NCBI RefSeq assembly: GCF_000953395.1
Contig: NZ_LN649236.1
Location: 1 to 32,000, forward strand
Length of the DNA stretch: 32,000 nucleotides
Direction of reading: 5' to 3'
Source of the DNA: Candidatus Portiera aleyrodidarum
GTDB taxonomy: Bacteria; Pseudomonadota; Gammaproteobacteria; Johnevansiales; Johnevansiaceae
Shown here piece after piece: positions 1 through 9,505 of the stretch (position 1 is the stretch's first letter; each line of letters opens with the position of its first letter). The notes beneath the pieces are model-generated. The model was not told the DNA's origin, did not search any database, and worked only from the letters and a program-made list of their open reading frames with translations. The translations under genes and the position numbers were made by a program.

Positions 1-1890
1 ATGATAAGAATTATAGGTATTGATTTAGGTACTACTAACTCTTGTGTTGCAGTATTAGATAATGGAAAAAGCCGTGTTATAGAAAATTCAGAAGGTGCAC
101 GTACTACTCCTTCTATAATTGCATATACAGATGATAATGAAATATTAGTTGGTCAAGCAGCCAAACGGCAAGCTGTAACTAATCCTTATAATACTTTATA
201 TGCAATTAAACGTCTTATAGGTCGTAAATTTAATGATGATGTGGTACAAAAAGATATAAAAATGGTACCATATAAAATTGTAAGTGCTTCAAATGGAGAT
301 GCATGGGTCAAAGTCAAAACGAAAAAATTAGCACCACCACAAATTAGTGCAGAAATCTTAAAAAAAATGAAAAAAACCGCTGAAGATTATTTAGGTGAAA
401 AAATAACGGAAGCAGTTATTACTGTACCGGCTTATTTTAATGATTCACAAAGACAAGCCACTAAAGATGCTGGACGTATAGCAGGGCTTAAAGTAAAACG
501 TATAATTAATGAACCTACAGCTGCTGCTTTAGCTTATGGCATGGATAAAAATAGAGGTGATAAAAAAATAGCTGTTTATGATTTAGGTGGTGGAACATTT
601 GATATATCAATTATAGAAATTGCTGATGTTGATGGGGAAACTCAATTTGAAGTAATGGCAACTAATGGGGATACTTTTTTAGGAGGAGAAGATTTTGACC
701 TTAAATTAATAAATTATATAGTTAAACAATTTCAATTAGAAAGTGGTGTTGATTTATCAGGAGATTCTTTAGCAATGCAACGTTTAAAAGAAGCTGCTGA
801 AAAAGGAAAAATAGAACTTTCTAGTTCTCAACAAACAGATATTAATTTACCTTATATAACTGCTGATAAAACAGGTCCTAAACATCTTAATTTAAAAATT
901 ACTAGAGCTAAATTAGAATCATTAGTTGAAGATTTAATTAAAAGATCTCTTATACCTTGTAAAAAAGCTATAGATGATGCCAAATTATCTAATAATGATA
1001 TTGATGATATAATATTAGTAGGTGGTCAAACACGTATGCCTTTAGTACAAAAAAAAGTGTCAGAGTTTTTTGGAAAAGAAGCTAGAAAAGATGTAAATCC
1101 AGATGAAGCAGTAGCCATGGGTGCAGCTATTCAAGGAGGCGTATTATGTGGAGATGTTAAAGATGTTCTTTTATTAGATGTAACTCCTTTAACTTTAGGT
1201 ATTGAAACTATGGGGGGTATAATGACTCCATTAATAGAAAAAAATACTACAATACCTACTAAAAAAACACAAGTTTTTTCAACAGCAGAAGATAATCAAA
1301 CAGCAGTAACTATTCATGCTTTACAAGGAGAAAGAAAAAAAGCTTTACAAAATAAATCATTAGGTCGGTTTGATTTGACTGATATACCACCAGCTCATAG
1401 AGGAACGCCACAAATAGAAGTAGCGTTTGATTTAGATGCGAATGGGATATTAAATATTACAGCTAAAGATAAATCAACGGGTAAAGAACAATCTATAGTC
1501 ATTAAATCTTCTGGTGGTCTTTCTGAAGATGAAATAAATAAGATGATTAAAGATGCAGAATCAAATAAAGAAGAAGATAAAAAATTTGAAGAATTAGTAC
1601 AAATAAGAAATCAAGCGGATGGTATGATTCATACTATACGTAAAACATTAAAAGAAATCAAAAATGAAGATGAAAAAAAGAAAATTGAATCTTTAATTAA
1701 TAACCTTGAAGAAACATTAAAAAGTGATGATATAAAAAAAATCAAAGAGGATCTTAATAAACTTACTGAAGAATATAGTAAAATTTATCAAAAAATCTAT
1801 TCAGATAAAAAAAATAATAATGCTTCTAATAAAAAAGAAGGAGATATTGTGGATGCTGAATATGAAGAAGTTAATAATAAAACAACATAA
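1..1890 (+). CDS. dnaK: Molecular chaperone DnaK (Hsp70)
   Basis: 629-aa ORF starting at window base 1. Hsp70 signatures [18 protein letters not shown] and VGGQTRMP. Collinear with E. coli DnaK (638 aa). dnaJ follows 14 nt downstream. Confidence 0.98.
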   Translation: MIRIIGIDLGTTNSCVAVLDNGKSRVIENSEGARTTPSIIAYTDDNEILVGQAAKRQAVTNPYNTLYAIKRLIGRKFNDDVVQKDIKMVPYKIVSASNGDAWVKVKTKKLAPPQISAEILKKMKKTAEDYLGEKITEAVITVPAYFNDSQRQATKDAGRIAGLKVKRIINEPTAAALAYGMDKNRGDKKIAVYDLGGGTFDISIIEIADVDGETQFEVMATNGDTFLGGEDFDLKLINYIVKQFQLESGVDLSGDSLAMQRLKEAAEKGKIELSSSQQTDINLPYITADKTGPKHLNLKITRAKLESLVEDLIKRSLIPCKKAIDDAKLSNNDIDDIILVGGQTRMPLVQKKVSEFFGKEARKDVNPDEAVAMGAAIQGGVLCGDVKDVLLLDVTPLTLGIETMGGIMTPLIEKNTTIPTKKTQVFSTAEDNQTAVTIHALQGERKKALQNKSLGRFDLTDIPPAHRGTPQIEVAFDLDANGILNITAKDKSTGKEQSIVIKSSGGLSEDEINKMIKDAESNKEEDKKFEELVQIRNQADGMIHTIRKTLKEIKNEDEKKKIESLINNLEETLKSDDIKKIKEDLNKLTEEYSKIYQKIYSDKKNNNASNKKEGDIVDAEYEEVNNKTT

Positions 1891-1904
1891 GGCTTTATTT
1901 ATTA

Positions 1905-2960
1905 ATGTCCAAACGTGATTATTATGAAGTATTAGGTATTAATAGAAAGGCTGATCAAAAAGAAATAAAACAAGCATATCGTAGATTAGCTCAAAAATAT
2001 CATCCTGATAGAAATCCTAACGATAAACAAGCCGAAAAAAGTTTTCGTGAAATATCTGAAGCATATGAAATACTTTCAGTAAAGGAAAAAAGAAATGCTT
2101 ATGATCAATTTGGACATTCAGGAATAGATGGGAGTCAAACAAATAATAATTTTAATACAGGTTTTACTGATATTTTTGGAGATGTTTTTGGAGATATTTT
2201 TGGAAATAACAAAAATTCAAATACACCACAAAGAGGTTCGGATTTACGTTATAATTTAAATATTAAACTTGAAGAAGCTATATATGGAACCCAATTAAAT
2301 ATTAATGTAAAAAAATTAGTTAAATGTAATAGATGTAATGGTAATAGATCAGAACCTGGATATAAAAATAAGTATTGTCCTAGTTGTAAAGGATTAGGAC
2401 AAATACGTATGCATCAAGGTTTTTTTTCTATACAACAAACATGCCATAATTGTAATGGGAATGGTGAAATTATAGAGAAATATTGTATCAAATGTAATGG
2501 GGAAGGTCGTATAAATGATAAAAAAAAATTATCAATTAAAATTCCACATGGTGTAGATAATGGTGATCGTATCAGAATTATAGGAGAGGGAGAAGGTGGT
2601 ATTAATGGAGGCAAATCTGGTGATTTATATGTACAATTATCTATTAAACCACATAAAATTTTTACTAGAGAAGGTAAGAATTTATATTGTGAAATACCCA
2701 TTAATTTTGTAGATGCAGCATTAGGTGGTATATTAGAAGTCACTACATTAGAAGGTAATAAAGTTCAATTAAAAATTCCAGCTGAAACACAAACAGGAAA
2801 ACAATTTAGAATTAAAGGTAAAGGAGTTAAATCAATACGTAGTAATTATCCCGGAGATTTAATGTGTAAAGTAATTATAGAAACACCTATTAATCTTAAT
2901 AAAAATCAAAAAGAATTATTACGTAAATTTAAAAATAGTATAGATAATAATGTTATTTAA
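1905..2960 (+). CDS. dnaJ: Co-chaperone DnaJ (Hsp40)
   Basis: 351-aa ORF. J-domain with HPD motif (KYHPDRNP), G/F-rich linker (FGDVFGDIFG) and four CxxCxGxG zinc-finger repeats (CNRCNGN, CPSCKGLG, CHNCNGNG, CIKCNGEG). Lies immediately after dnaK. Confidence 0.97.
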   Translation: MSKRDYYEVLGINRKADQKEIKQAYRRLAQKYHPDRNPNDKQAEKSFREISEAYEILSVKEKRNAYDQFGHSGIDGSQTNNNFNTGFTDIFGDVFGDIFGNNKNSNTPQRGSDLRYNLNIKLEEAIYGTQLNINVKKLVKCNRCNGNRSEPGYKNKYCPSCKGLGQIRMHQGFFSIQQTCHNCNGNGEIIEKYCIKCNGEGRINDKKKLSIKIPHGVDNGDRIRIIGEGEGGINGGKSGDLYVQLSIKPHKIFTREGKNLYCEIPINFVDAALGGILEVTTLEGNKVQLKIPAETQTGKQFRIKGKGVKSIRSNYPGDLMCKVIIETPINLNKNQKELLRKFKNSIDNNVI

Positions 2961-5052
2961 TTTTAGCTTCAAATTCTGCTTTTTCAATAGGATCTATTTC
3001 TTTTATTGATAATTTAATTTTTCCTTTATTATCTTTTTCTAAAACTTTTACTGTTACAATATCTCCTTCATTAAGAAAATCTCTTATATTTTTTACATGA
3101 CCTGAAATAATTTGTGAAATATGAACTAATCCATCTGTACCTGGCATGAAATTAACAAAAGCACCAAAATCCATTATACGTATTACTTTACCTCTATATA
3201 TTTTGTTTATTTTAGCTTCTTCAGTAATCATATTAATCGCCTCTATTGCTTTTTGTGAATTAATTTTATTATTAGCATAAATATGTATTTTTCCATCATC
3301 TTGAATATCAATAGTAGTATTGGTGCTCTCACATATTTGTTTTATAGTTGTACCACCTTTACCTATTACATCACGTATCTTTTCTGTTTCTATTTTTAAT
3401 ATTACATTACTAGGTGCTTTAGTAGAAAGTTTTTTTCTACTTTTACTTATTACTAAATTCATTTTATTAATAATATTTTTTATAGCTTCTAACGCTTGAT
3501 TTAACGTTAAGTGTATTAAGTCGTTATTAATATGTTTTTTTATATCCATTTGTAAAGCAGTTATACCTGTTTTTGTACCAGCAACTTTAAGATCCATATC
3601 ACCAAACTTATCTTCATCACCTACTATATCAGTAATTATTAAAATTTTTTCTTTGTTTGTTATTAATCCCATAGCTACACCTGATACTGTAGAACTTAAA
3701 GGTACTCCGGCATCCATTAATGCTAATGAAGCACCACATATAGACGCCATAGAACTAGACCCATTAGATTCAGTTATTTCTGAAACTATTCTTATTGAAT
3801 AAGGAAAATCTTCTTTAGATAAAACCCCAAGTATAGCTCTTTTGGCAAGATTACCATGACCAATTTCCCGCCGTTTTGGTATACCTAAAAAACCTATTTC
3901 ACATACACAATAAGGTGTAAAATTATAATGAAACATTAAGTTCTCATAACGTTCTTCTTCTAATCCTTCTATTACTTGAGCATCACGTAAACTTCCTAAA
4001 GTAATAGCAACTAGTGCTTGAGTATCTCCCCTACTAAATAAAGCCGAACCATGTGCACTAGGTAAAATGCCTACTTCTATAGATAATGAACGTATGGTTT
4101 TTAACTTACGACCATCCATACGTTTTTTTGTTTCCAACATTTTATTTATAAATATTTTTTTTATTATTACTTTTAATATTTCCTTAATATTGTCATATTT
4201 TAAAGAATTATTTATAAATTTTTCAATAACTTGATTTATTATTATACATAATGCTTCTTTTCTTTTAATTTTCTCCATAATATAAAAAGTATCTTTTATA
4301 CTATCATTAAATTCATTAACTAATTTCTCAGATATATTTACTTTTTTTTTATTTTTCTTATTTTTCTTATTTTTTTTCTTTTTTGTATAATCTACAACAA
4401 ATTCATTTATATTGTTTATTAATAATTGCATTTCTCTATGTGCATAACAAATAGCACCTAACATTATTGATTCTGTTTTTTCTTTTGCTTCAGCTTCTAC
4501 CATCAATACGGAATTTTTTGTTCCAGCTACTACTATATCTAATTCCGAATTTCTTTCATTAGTTATATTAAGCCAATAACCAATTTCTTTATTAAAACCT
4601 ACTCTAGCAACACCCATAATATCTATTAAAGGTATATCCGAGATACCTATTGCTGCGTATGTCCCAATCATAGCGGCAATATCTGGATTCTTTTCAGCAG
4701 AAATTACTGTACATATTATTTGTACTTCATTTTTATAAAATTTATTTATATTAGGTCTAATAGGTCTATCAATAAGTCTTGATGTTAATATTTCTTTTTC
4801 TGTAGGACGGCCTTCTCTTTTTAAAAAACCACCTGGAATTTTACCTGCAGCATAAGTTTTTTCTTGATAATATACTGATAAAGGAAAATAATCTTGATTT
4901 TTTATATTTTTATTTACAACTACTGTACATAATACAACAGTATTATCAATAGTAATAACTACACTCCCATTTGTATTTTTAGCTATTTTACCTGTTTCTA
5001 AACTAATATTTTTTCCACCATACTTAAAAGTTTTTTTTATATATAAACTCAA
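2953..5052 (-). CDS. pnp: Polyribonucleotide nucleotidyltransferase (PNPase)
   Basis: 699-aa ORF with two RNase PH-like halves (HGSALFSRGDTQALV), a KH motif (GKGGTTIK) and a C-terminal S1 domain (GKVIRIMDFGAFVNF). Lies downstream of rpsO, as in most Proteobacteria. Confidence 0.97.
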   Translation of the reverse strand: MSLYIKKTFKYGGKNISLETGKIAKNTNGSVVITIDNTVVLCTVVVNKNIKNQDYFPLSVYYQEKTYAAGKIPGGFLKREGRPTEKEILTSRLIDRPIRPNINKFYKNEVQIICTVISAEKNPDIAAMIGTYAAIGISDIPLIDIMGVARVGFNKEIGYWLNITNERNSELDIVVAGTKNSVLMVEAEAKEKTESIMLGAICYAHREMQLLINNINEFVVDYTKKKKNKKNKKNKKKVNISEKLVNEFNDSIKDTFYIMEKIKRKEALCIIINQVIEKFINNSLKYDNIKEILKVIIKKIFINKMLETKKRMDGRKLKTIRSLSIEVGILPSAHGSALFSRGDTQALVAITLGSLRDAQVIEGLEEERYENLMFHYNFTPYCVCEIGFLGIPKRREIGHGNLAKRAILGVLSKEDFPYSIRIVSEITESNGSSSMASICGASLALMDAGVPLSSTVSGVAMGLITNKEKILIITDIVGDEDKFGDMDLKVAGTKTGITALQMDIKKHINNDLIHLTLNQALEAIKNIINKMNLVISKSRKKLSTKAPSNVILKIETEKIRDVIGKGGTTIKQICESTNTTIDIQDDGKIHIYANNKINSQKAIEAINMITEEAKINKIYRGKVIRIMDFGAFVNFMPGTDGLVHISQIISGHVKNIRDFLNEGDIVTVKVLEKDNKGKIKLSIKEIDPIEKAEFEAKIK
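4341..4386 (-). repeat. In-frame 9-bp tandem repeat (sense AATAAGAAA, about 3 copies flanked by A runs) encoding KKKKNKKNKKNKKK inside pnp
   Basis: Read directly: the plus strand has atttttctt at 4351-4359 and 4360-4368, a degenerate third copy at 4369-4380, and T runs on both sides. Confidence 0.85.
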
Positions 5053-5067
5053 TATTTTTTTCCTTTT

Positions 5068-5340
5068 TTATTTATGACGTACTTTAATTTTTTTTATTAA
5101 ATATTTATAACGTGCAATTTTTTTATTTTTTAAATAATTTAAAAGTTTTCTACGTTTATTTACCATACGAATCAATCCTATTTTCGAATGATAATCATAT
5201 TTATTTTTTTGTAAATGAATTTGTAAATTATATATATTATTAGTTAATAAAGCAATTTGAACTTCAGTATATCCTGTATCAAATTTATTTTTACCAAATT
5301 CATTAATAATGGCAGCTTTATTTTTTTTATTAACAGCCAT
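5068..5340 (-). CDS. rpsO: 30S ribosomal protein S15
   Basis: 90-aa basic ORF collinear with E. coli S15 (TEVQIALLT, HLQ, DYHS, GL.RMV.KRRKLL.YL). Sits between rbfA and pnp. Confidence 0.96.
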   Translation of the reverse strand: MAVNKKNKAAIINEFGKNKFDTGYTEVQIALLTNNIYNLQIHLQKNKYDYHSKIGLIRMVNKRRKLLNYLKNKKIARYKYLIKKIKVRHK

Positions 5341-5381
5341 TTTCTATATATCTCCAAAAAATTACTATATTTAGTATAAAA

Positions 5382-5723
5382 TTATATAATAATTTTATTA
5401 ATTAATTTGTTTAATTTATAATTATTATTAATACTTTCATCATAATGAAATCTTAAATTTGGTATATGATGTACGTTTATATTTCTAGAAAGTTTATATC
5501 GTAAATAACCGGAAGCTAATTTTAAAATATTTGCATATATATTATTTTTTTTATTTTCATTAATTATAGTCCAATAAATATCAGCATATTTAATATCTTT
5601 ACTAAGTATTACAGAATGTATTATAATTATTTTTTTTATTCTAGGATCTTTTAATTTATATTTAATTAAATAAGCTAAATATTTTTTTATTTGTTCAGAA
5701 ATTTTTATAATGCGATATTTCAT
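5382..5723 (-). CDS. rbfA: Ribosome-binding factor A
   Basis: 113-aa ORF with RbfA-like pattern (KDPR near residue 26, S.D..YA.IY, IP.LRFHYDES). Start overlaps the infB stop (TAATG). Conserved position downstream of infB. Confidence 0.9.
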   Translation of the reverse strand: MKYRIIKISEQIKKYLAYLIKYKLKDPRIKKIIIIHSVILSKDIKYADIYWTIINENKKNNIYANILKLASGYLRYKLSRNINVHHIPNLRFHYDESINNNYKLNKLINKIII

Positions 5724-7807
5724 TAAATTAATTTATCCCAACTTTCTATTGTATCGCCTATCTTAACATCATTATGATTACGAATACATATACCAAATTC
5801 CATACCCTTACTAACTTCATTAACATCCTCTTTAAAACGGCGTAATGAATCTAATTCACCTTTATAAACAACGAACTTATTACGAATAATACGTATTTGT
5901 TTTTTACGTAAAACACTACCTTTTTTGACTATACATCCAACAATTATTCCATTTTTTTTATTATATTTAAATATATCACGAACTTCTGCTATACCAATAA
6001 TTTTTTCAAGTTTTTTAGGTTTTAATTTATTCTTTATTATTTCTTTAATACCATCAATTAATTTATAAATTATATTATAATAAAATAATTTTATATTTTC
6101 ACGTTCAATAATCTCTCTAGCTTCACTTACTACATGTACATTAAATCCAATTAATATTGCTTTTGATGTAATTGCTAATTTCACATCATTTTCGTTTATA
6201 TTTCCAACACTAGCTGATATTATATTAACAATAATTTTCTCGTTAGATAATTCCTTTATAGAATTACGTAAAGCTTTTAATGTTCCTTGTACATCTACTT
6301 TAAGTACAATATTAATTGTATTTATTTTTTTAAATAAATTTTTATTAATATTATTTTTTTGTTTTTTCTTTATATATTTTATATAACGAACGTTCACAAT
6401 CTCACGTGCTTTTTTTTCATCTGATACTACATTAACTTTTTCACCCGATTCTGGTATACCATTTAATCCAATAATTTCTACTGGTATAGATGGACCAACT
6501 TTATCTACAGTTTTTCCTACTTCATTTATTATTGCACGCACTCTACCATAATTTAAGCCACATAATACTATATCACCTTTATTTAAAGTACCATTTAACA
6601 CTAATATTTTTGCTACCGGTCCTTTTCCTATATCTCTTCTTGATTCTATTACTACCCCTTTACCTGGAGAATCTAATACTGTAGTTAAATCTACAAGTTC
6701 TGATATTAAACTTACAGATTCTAATAACACATCTATACCTATACCTGTTTTGGCTGAAACAGGAATAAAAGGAGTATCTCCACCCCATTCTTCAGGTATA
6801 AGACCATATTTAGATAAATCATTACGAACACGATCTATATCTGTTCCTATTTTATCAATTTTATTAATAGCTACAATAACAGGTAATTTTTCATATTTAG
6901 CATGTTCTATTGCTTCAATAGTTTGAGGTTTTATACCATCATCAGCTGAAACTACTAATATAACTATATCAGTAAATTTTACCCCAAGTGCACGCATATT
7001 TATAAAAGCTTTATGTCCTGGAGTATCTATAATAGTTATATTCTTTCCTTTATCTAAATTTACATGATATACATCAATATATTGAGTAATACCTCCTAAT
7101 TCTTTATTTACTAATTTAGTTTTACGTATACAATCAATTAAAGATGTTTTACCATGATCTACGTGTCCCATAACAGTAATTATTGGACAACGTTTAATTT
7201 TTTTACCATCACTAAATTTAGTTTTTAATAATTTTTTTTCAAGTTCATTAGTATTTATAATTTTTGGTTTATGGCCGATTTCTTCTACAACTAAACAAGC
7301 AGTATCTTTATCAATTTTTTGATTTATAGTAACTAAAACACCCATGGTTAATAGTACTTTTATTAATTCTGCTGCTTTTATTGCCATTTTATTAGCTAAA
7401 TATAAAATACTATTTGATTCATAAATATTTATTTCTCTAATAATATTTTTTTTAGGAATTTTAAAAGTATGTATATTCTTAGATTCTTCTAAAGACTTAG
7501 TATCTTTTTTTTTTTTATTTCTTTCTATTTTTTCTGTATTAATTTTAAAAAAAGTCTTTTTTTTACGTATTTGAATATCAATTAATTTATTTTCCATATG
7601 TATCTTACTATTTATTTTTCTAATTAAAGTAATTTTCTTTATACCTTGTTGATAATTAAGATAATTTAATAATATTTGTTTATCTTTTTCTGTTAATAAC
7701 TTATCTGCCTTTTTATGTTCTAAACCTGCACTTTTTAAATAATTAAGTAACCTCTTTATATCACATCCTATTTTTATAGCAAAATCTTTAACAGTTATTT
7801 CTACCAT
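5723..7807 (-). CDS. infB: Translation initiation factor IF-2 (N-terminally shortened compared with the 890-aa E. coli protein)
   Basis: 694-aa ORF. GTPase motifs GHVDHGKTSL, DTPGH and NKID. IF2 N-terminal domain (VTVKDFA...). Lies downstream of nusA. Confidence 0.97.
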   Translation of the reverse strand: MVEITVKDFAIKIGCDIKRLLNYLKSAGLEHKKADKLLTEKDKQILLNYLNYQQGIKKITLIRKINSKIHMENKLIDIQIRKKKTFFKINTEKIERNKKKKDTKSLEESKNIHTFKIPKKNIIREINIYESNSILYLANKMAIKAAELIKVLLTMGVLVTINQKIDKDTACLVVEEIGHKPKIINTNELEKKLLKTKFSDGKKIKRCPIITVMGHVDHGKTSLIDCIRKTKLVNKELGGITQYIDVYHVNLDKGKNITIIDTPGHKAFINMRALGVKFTDIVILVVSADDGIKPQTIEAIEHAKYEKLPVIVAINKIDKIGTDIDRVRNDLSKYGLIPEEWGGDTPFIPVSAKTGIGIDVLLESVSLISELVDLTTVLDSPGKGVVIESRRDIGKGPVAKILVLNGTLNKGDIVLCGLNYGRVRAIINEVGKTVDKVGPSIPVEIIGLNGIPESGEKVNVVSDEKKAREIVNVRYIKYIKKKQKNNINKNLFKKINTINIVLKVDVQGTLKALRNSIKELSNEKIIVNIISASVGNINENDVKLAITSKAILIGFNVHVVSEAREIIERENIKLFYYNIIYKLIDGIKEIIKNKLKPKKLEKIIGIAEVRDIFKYNKKNGIIVGCIVKKGSVLRKKQIRIIRNKFVVYKGELDSLRRFKEDVNEVSKGMEFGICIRNHNDVKIGDTIESWDKLI

Positions 7808-7829
7808 TATATTTCTCCATAAATACCTG

Positions 7830-9092
7830 TTAATTAAACTTATTTTTCATTGCTAAATTTAGCAATACATCTTTAGCACGTGCTTTTAAATTTTTTATTA
7901 CATTTATATTTAATTTTTTTATTTTTAAAAATTCTTCACAAGGTACATATACAATTTCTTCTAAAGAAGTAAAACCATAATCTACTAATAATAATGCTAT
8001 TTTTTTATTAATATCAAGTTTTAAACTTAACTTTTTAACTTTCTTTTTTATTTCTTTTTTAGCTTCATTTTTAGTAACTACATTTAATATCCATCCTGTT
8101 AGTGAAGATGCTAATTTAATATTTTGTCCACATTTTCCTATAGCTTTATAATAATTATATTCATTAACTATAATTTCCATATTATGATTATTTTCATCAA
8201 CAATTATAGAACTAACCTCTAATGGATACATAGCATTAATAACAAATTTTGTAGAATTCTCATCCCAAAGTATAATATCTATACGTTCGTTATGTAATTC
8301 ATTAGAAATAGATTGTATTCTACCTACACAATAACCTACTGGATCAATATTAAAATCATTAGTTTTAACTGCAAGTTTAGCTTTATAACCTGGATCTCTT
8401 GCAACACTTTTTATTTCTATTAATTCATCTAAGATGAATGGTATTTCTATTTTTAATAATTCCATTAAAAATTTTGAACAACATCTTGAAAGTATTAATT
8501 TAAAATTACGACTATTGGGATTTACCTTAAATAATAAAGTACGTATACGTTCATTAATATTAAACCGTTCACCAGGTATCATTTTCTTACGTGGTAAAAA
8601 ACCTTCAGTTTTATCATCTAATTCAATTATTATACCTTCTTTAATTATTTTTTTTATATTACCACATATTATTTCACCTATTTTTTTACTATAATTACGT
8701 ATTATCTCAGTATGTTCAGCTTCACGTACTTTTTGTACAATAATTTGTTTTGCAATTTTAACAGCTATTCTACAAAATTTAATATTCTCAATTTTATATT
8801 CAATATATTTATTAATTTCAAACTTTTTATTTAGTTTTTTAGCAGCAGTATAAGGAATTTCAATAGATGATTTAGTATAATTTTCATCTTTAACGACTTT
8901 CCATCTACGAAAAGTATCATAATTACCATTTATGCGATTCATTTTAACTATAATATTTACCTTTTGTCCTTCAAATCTTTTAATAGTTGCACTAGATAAA
9001 GCTTCTTCAACTGTTTTAAAAATACAATGACGTGAAACACCTTTTTCATTATAAATAGAATCAATAATTAATAAAATATCTTTACTCATCAT
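7830..9092 (-). CDS. nusA: Transcription termination/antitermination factor NusA (short C-terminus, about 420 aa versus 495 in E. coli)
   Basis: 420-aa ORF with NusA N-terminal, S1-like and KH regions (CVGRIQSI.., GQNIKLAS.LTGW). Sits between tRNA-fMet and infB, as in the metY-nusA-infB operon. The alternative start is the second ATG at 9089. Confidence 0.95.
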   Translation of the reverse strand: MMSKDILLIIDSIYNEKGVSRHCIFKTVEEALSSATIKRFEGQKVNIIVKMNRINGNYDTFRRWKVVKDENYTKSSIEIPYTAAKKLNKKFEINKYIEYKIENIKFCRIAVKIAKQIIVQKVREAEHTEIIRNYSKKIGEIICGNIKKIIKEGIIIELDDKTEGFLPRKKMIPGERFNINERIRTLLFKVNPNSRNFKLILSRCCSKFLMELLKIEIPFILDELIEIKSVARDPGYKAKLAVKTNDFNIDPVGYCVGRIQSISNELHNERIDIILWDENSTKFVINAMYPLEVSSIIVDENNHNMEIIVNEYNYYKAIGKCGQNIKLASSLTGWILNVVTKNEAKKEIKKKVKKLSLKLDINKKIALLLVDYGFTSLEEIVYVPCEEFLKIKKLNINVIKNLKARAKDVLLNLAMKNKFN

Positions 9093-9147
9093 ACATTTTC
9101 CTATTAAAAAGGTAAATAAGGTAATGATAATAGGGGTTTAAATAACT

Positions 9148-9224
9148 TGGTAGCGGGGATTGGATTTGAACCAATGACCTTCGGGTTATGAGCCCAACGA
9201 GCTACCAGACTGCTCCACCCCGCA
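9148..9224 (-). tRNA. metY: Initiator tRNA-fMet (anticodon CAU), 3' CCA encoded
   Basis: The reverse complement reads TGCGGGGTGGAGCAGTCTGGTAGCTCGTTGGGCTCATAACCCGAAGGTCATTGGTTCAAATCCAATCCCCGCTACCA, which is near-identical in layout to E. coli tRNA-fMet. It has three consecutive G:C pairs closing the anticodon stem, an unpaired 1:72 position (U.U) and anticodon CAT. Lies upstream of nusA, as metY does. Confidence 0.93.
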
Positions 9225-9229
9225 CAGGA

Positions 9230-9317
9230 TGCAGAAGGCGGGATTTGAACCCGCACAACCAACCTTATGGTTACTATCCCCTCAAGATAGCGTGTCTACC
9301 TATTTCACCACCTCTGC
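9230..9317 (-). tRNA. leuU: tRNA-Leu (anticodon GAG), type II long variable arm, CCA not encoded
   Basis: The reverse complement reads GCAGAGGTGGTGAAATAGGTAGACACGCTATCTTGAGGGGATAGTAACCATAAGGTTGGTTGTGCGGGTTCAAATCCCGCCTTCTGCA. It folds by hand into a cloverleaf: acceptor GCAGAGG/CTTCTGC, anticodon stem CTATC/GATAG with loop TTGAGGG, variable-arm stem AACC/GGTT, T arm GCGGG-TTCAAAT-CCCGC. Resembles E. coli leuU, which also precedes metY. Confidence 0.9.
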
Positions 9318-9505
9318 TGTATAATATATATTATCAACAATTTAAAATATTACGTCAAGATAAACAAAGTAAAGTTAATGAATTTAAAAAATATATTAAT
9401 AATAATATATTTAAAAGATTATTAATTAATATACTATTAGAACAATTTAAATATATAAATGATTCATTAGTTTTTTGTAAAATAATAAACGTTATTATAA
9501 TAATT

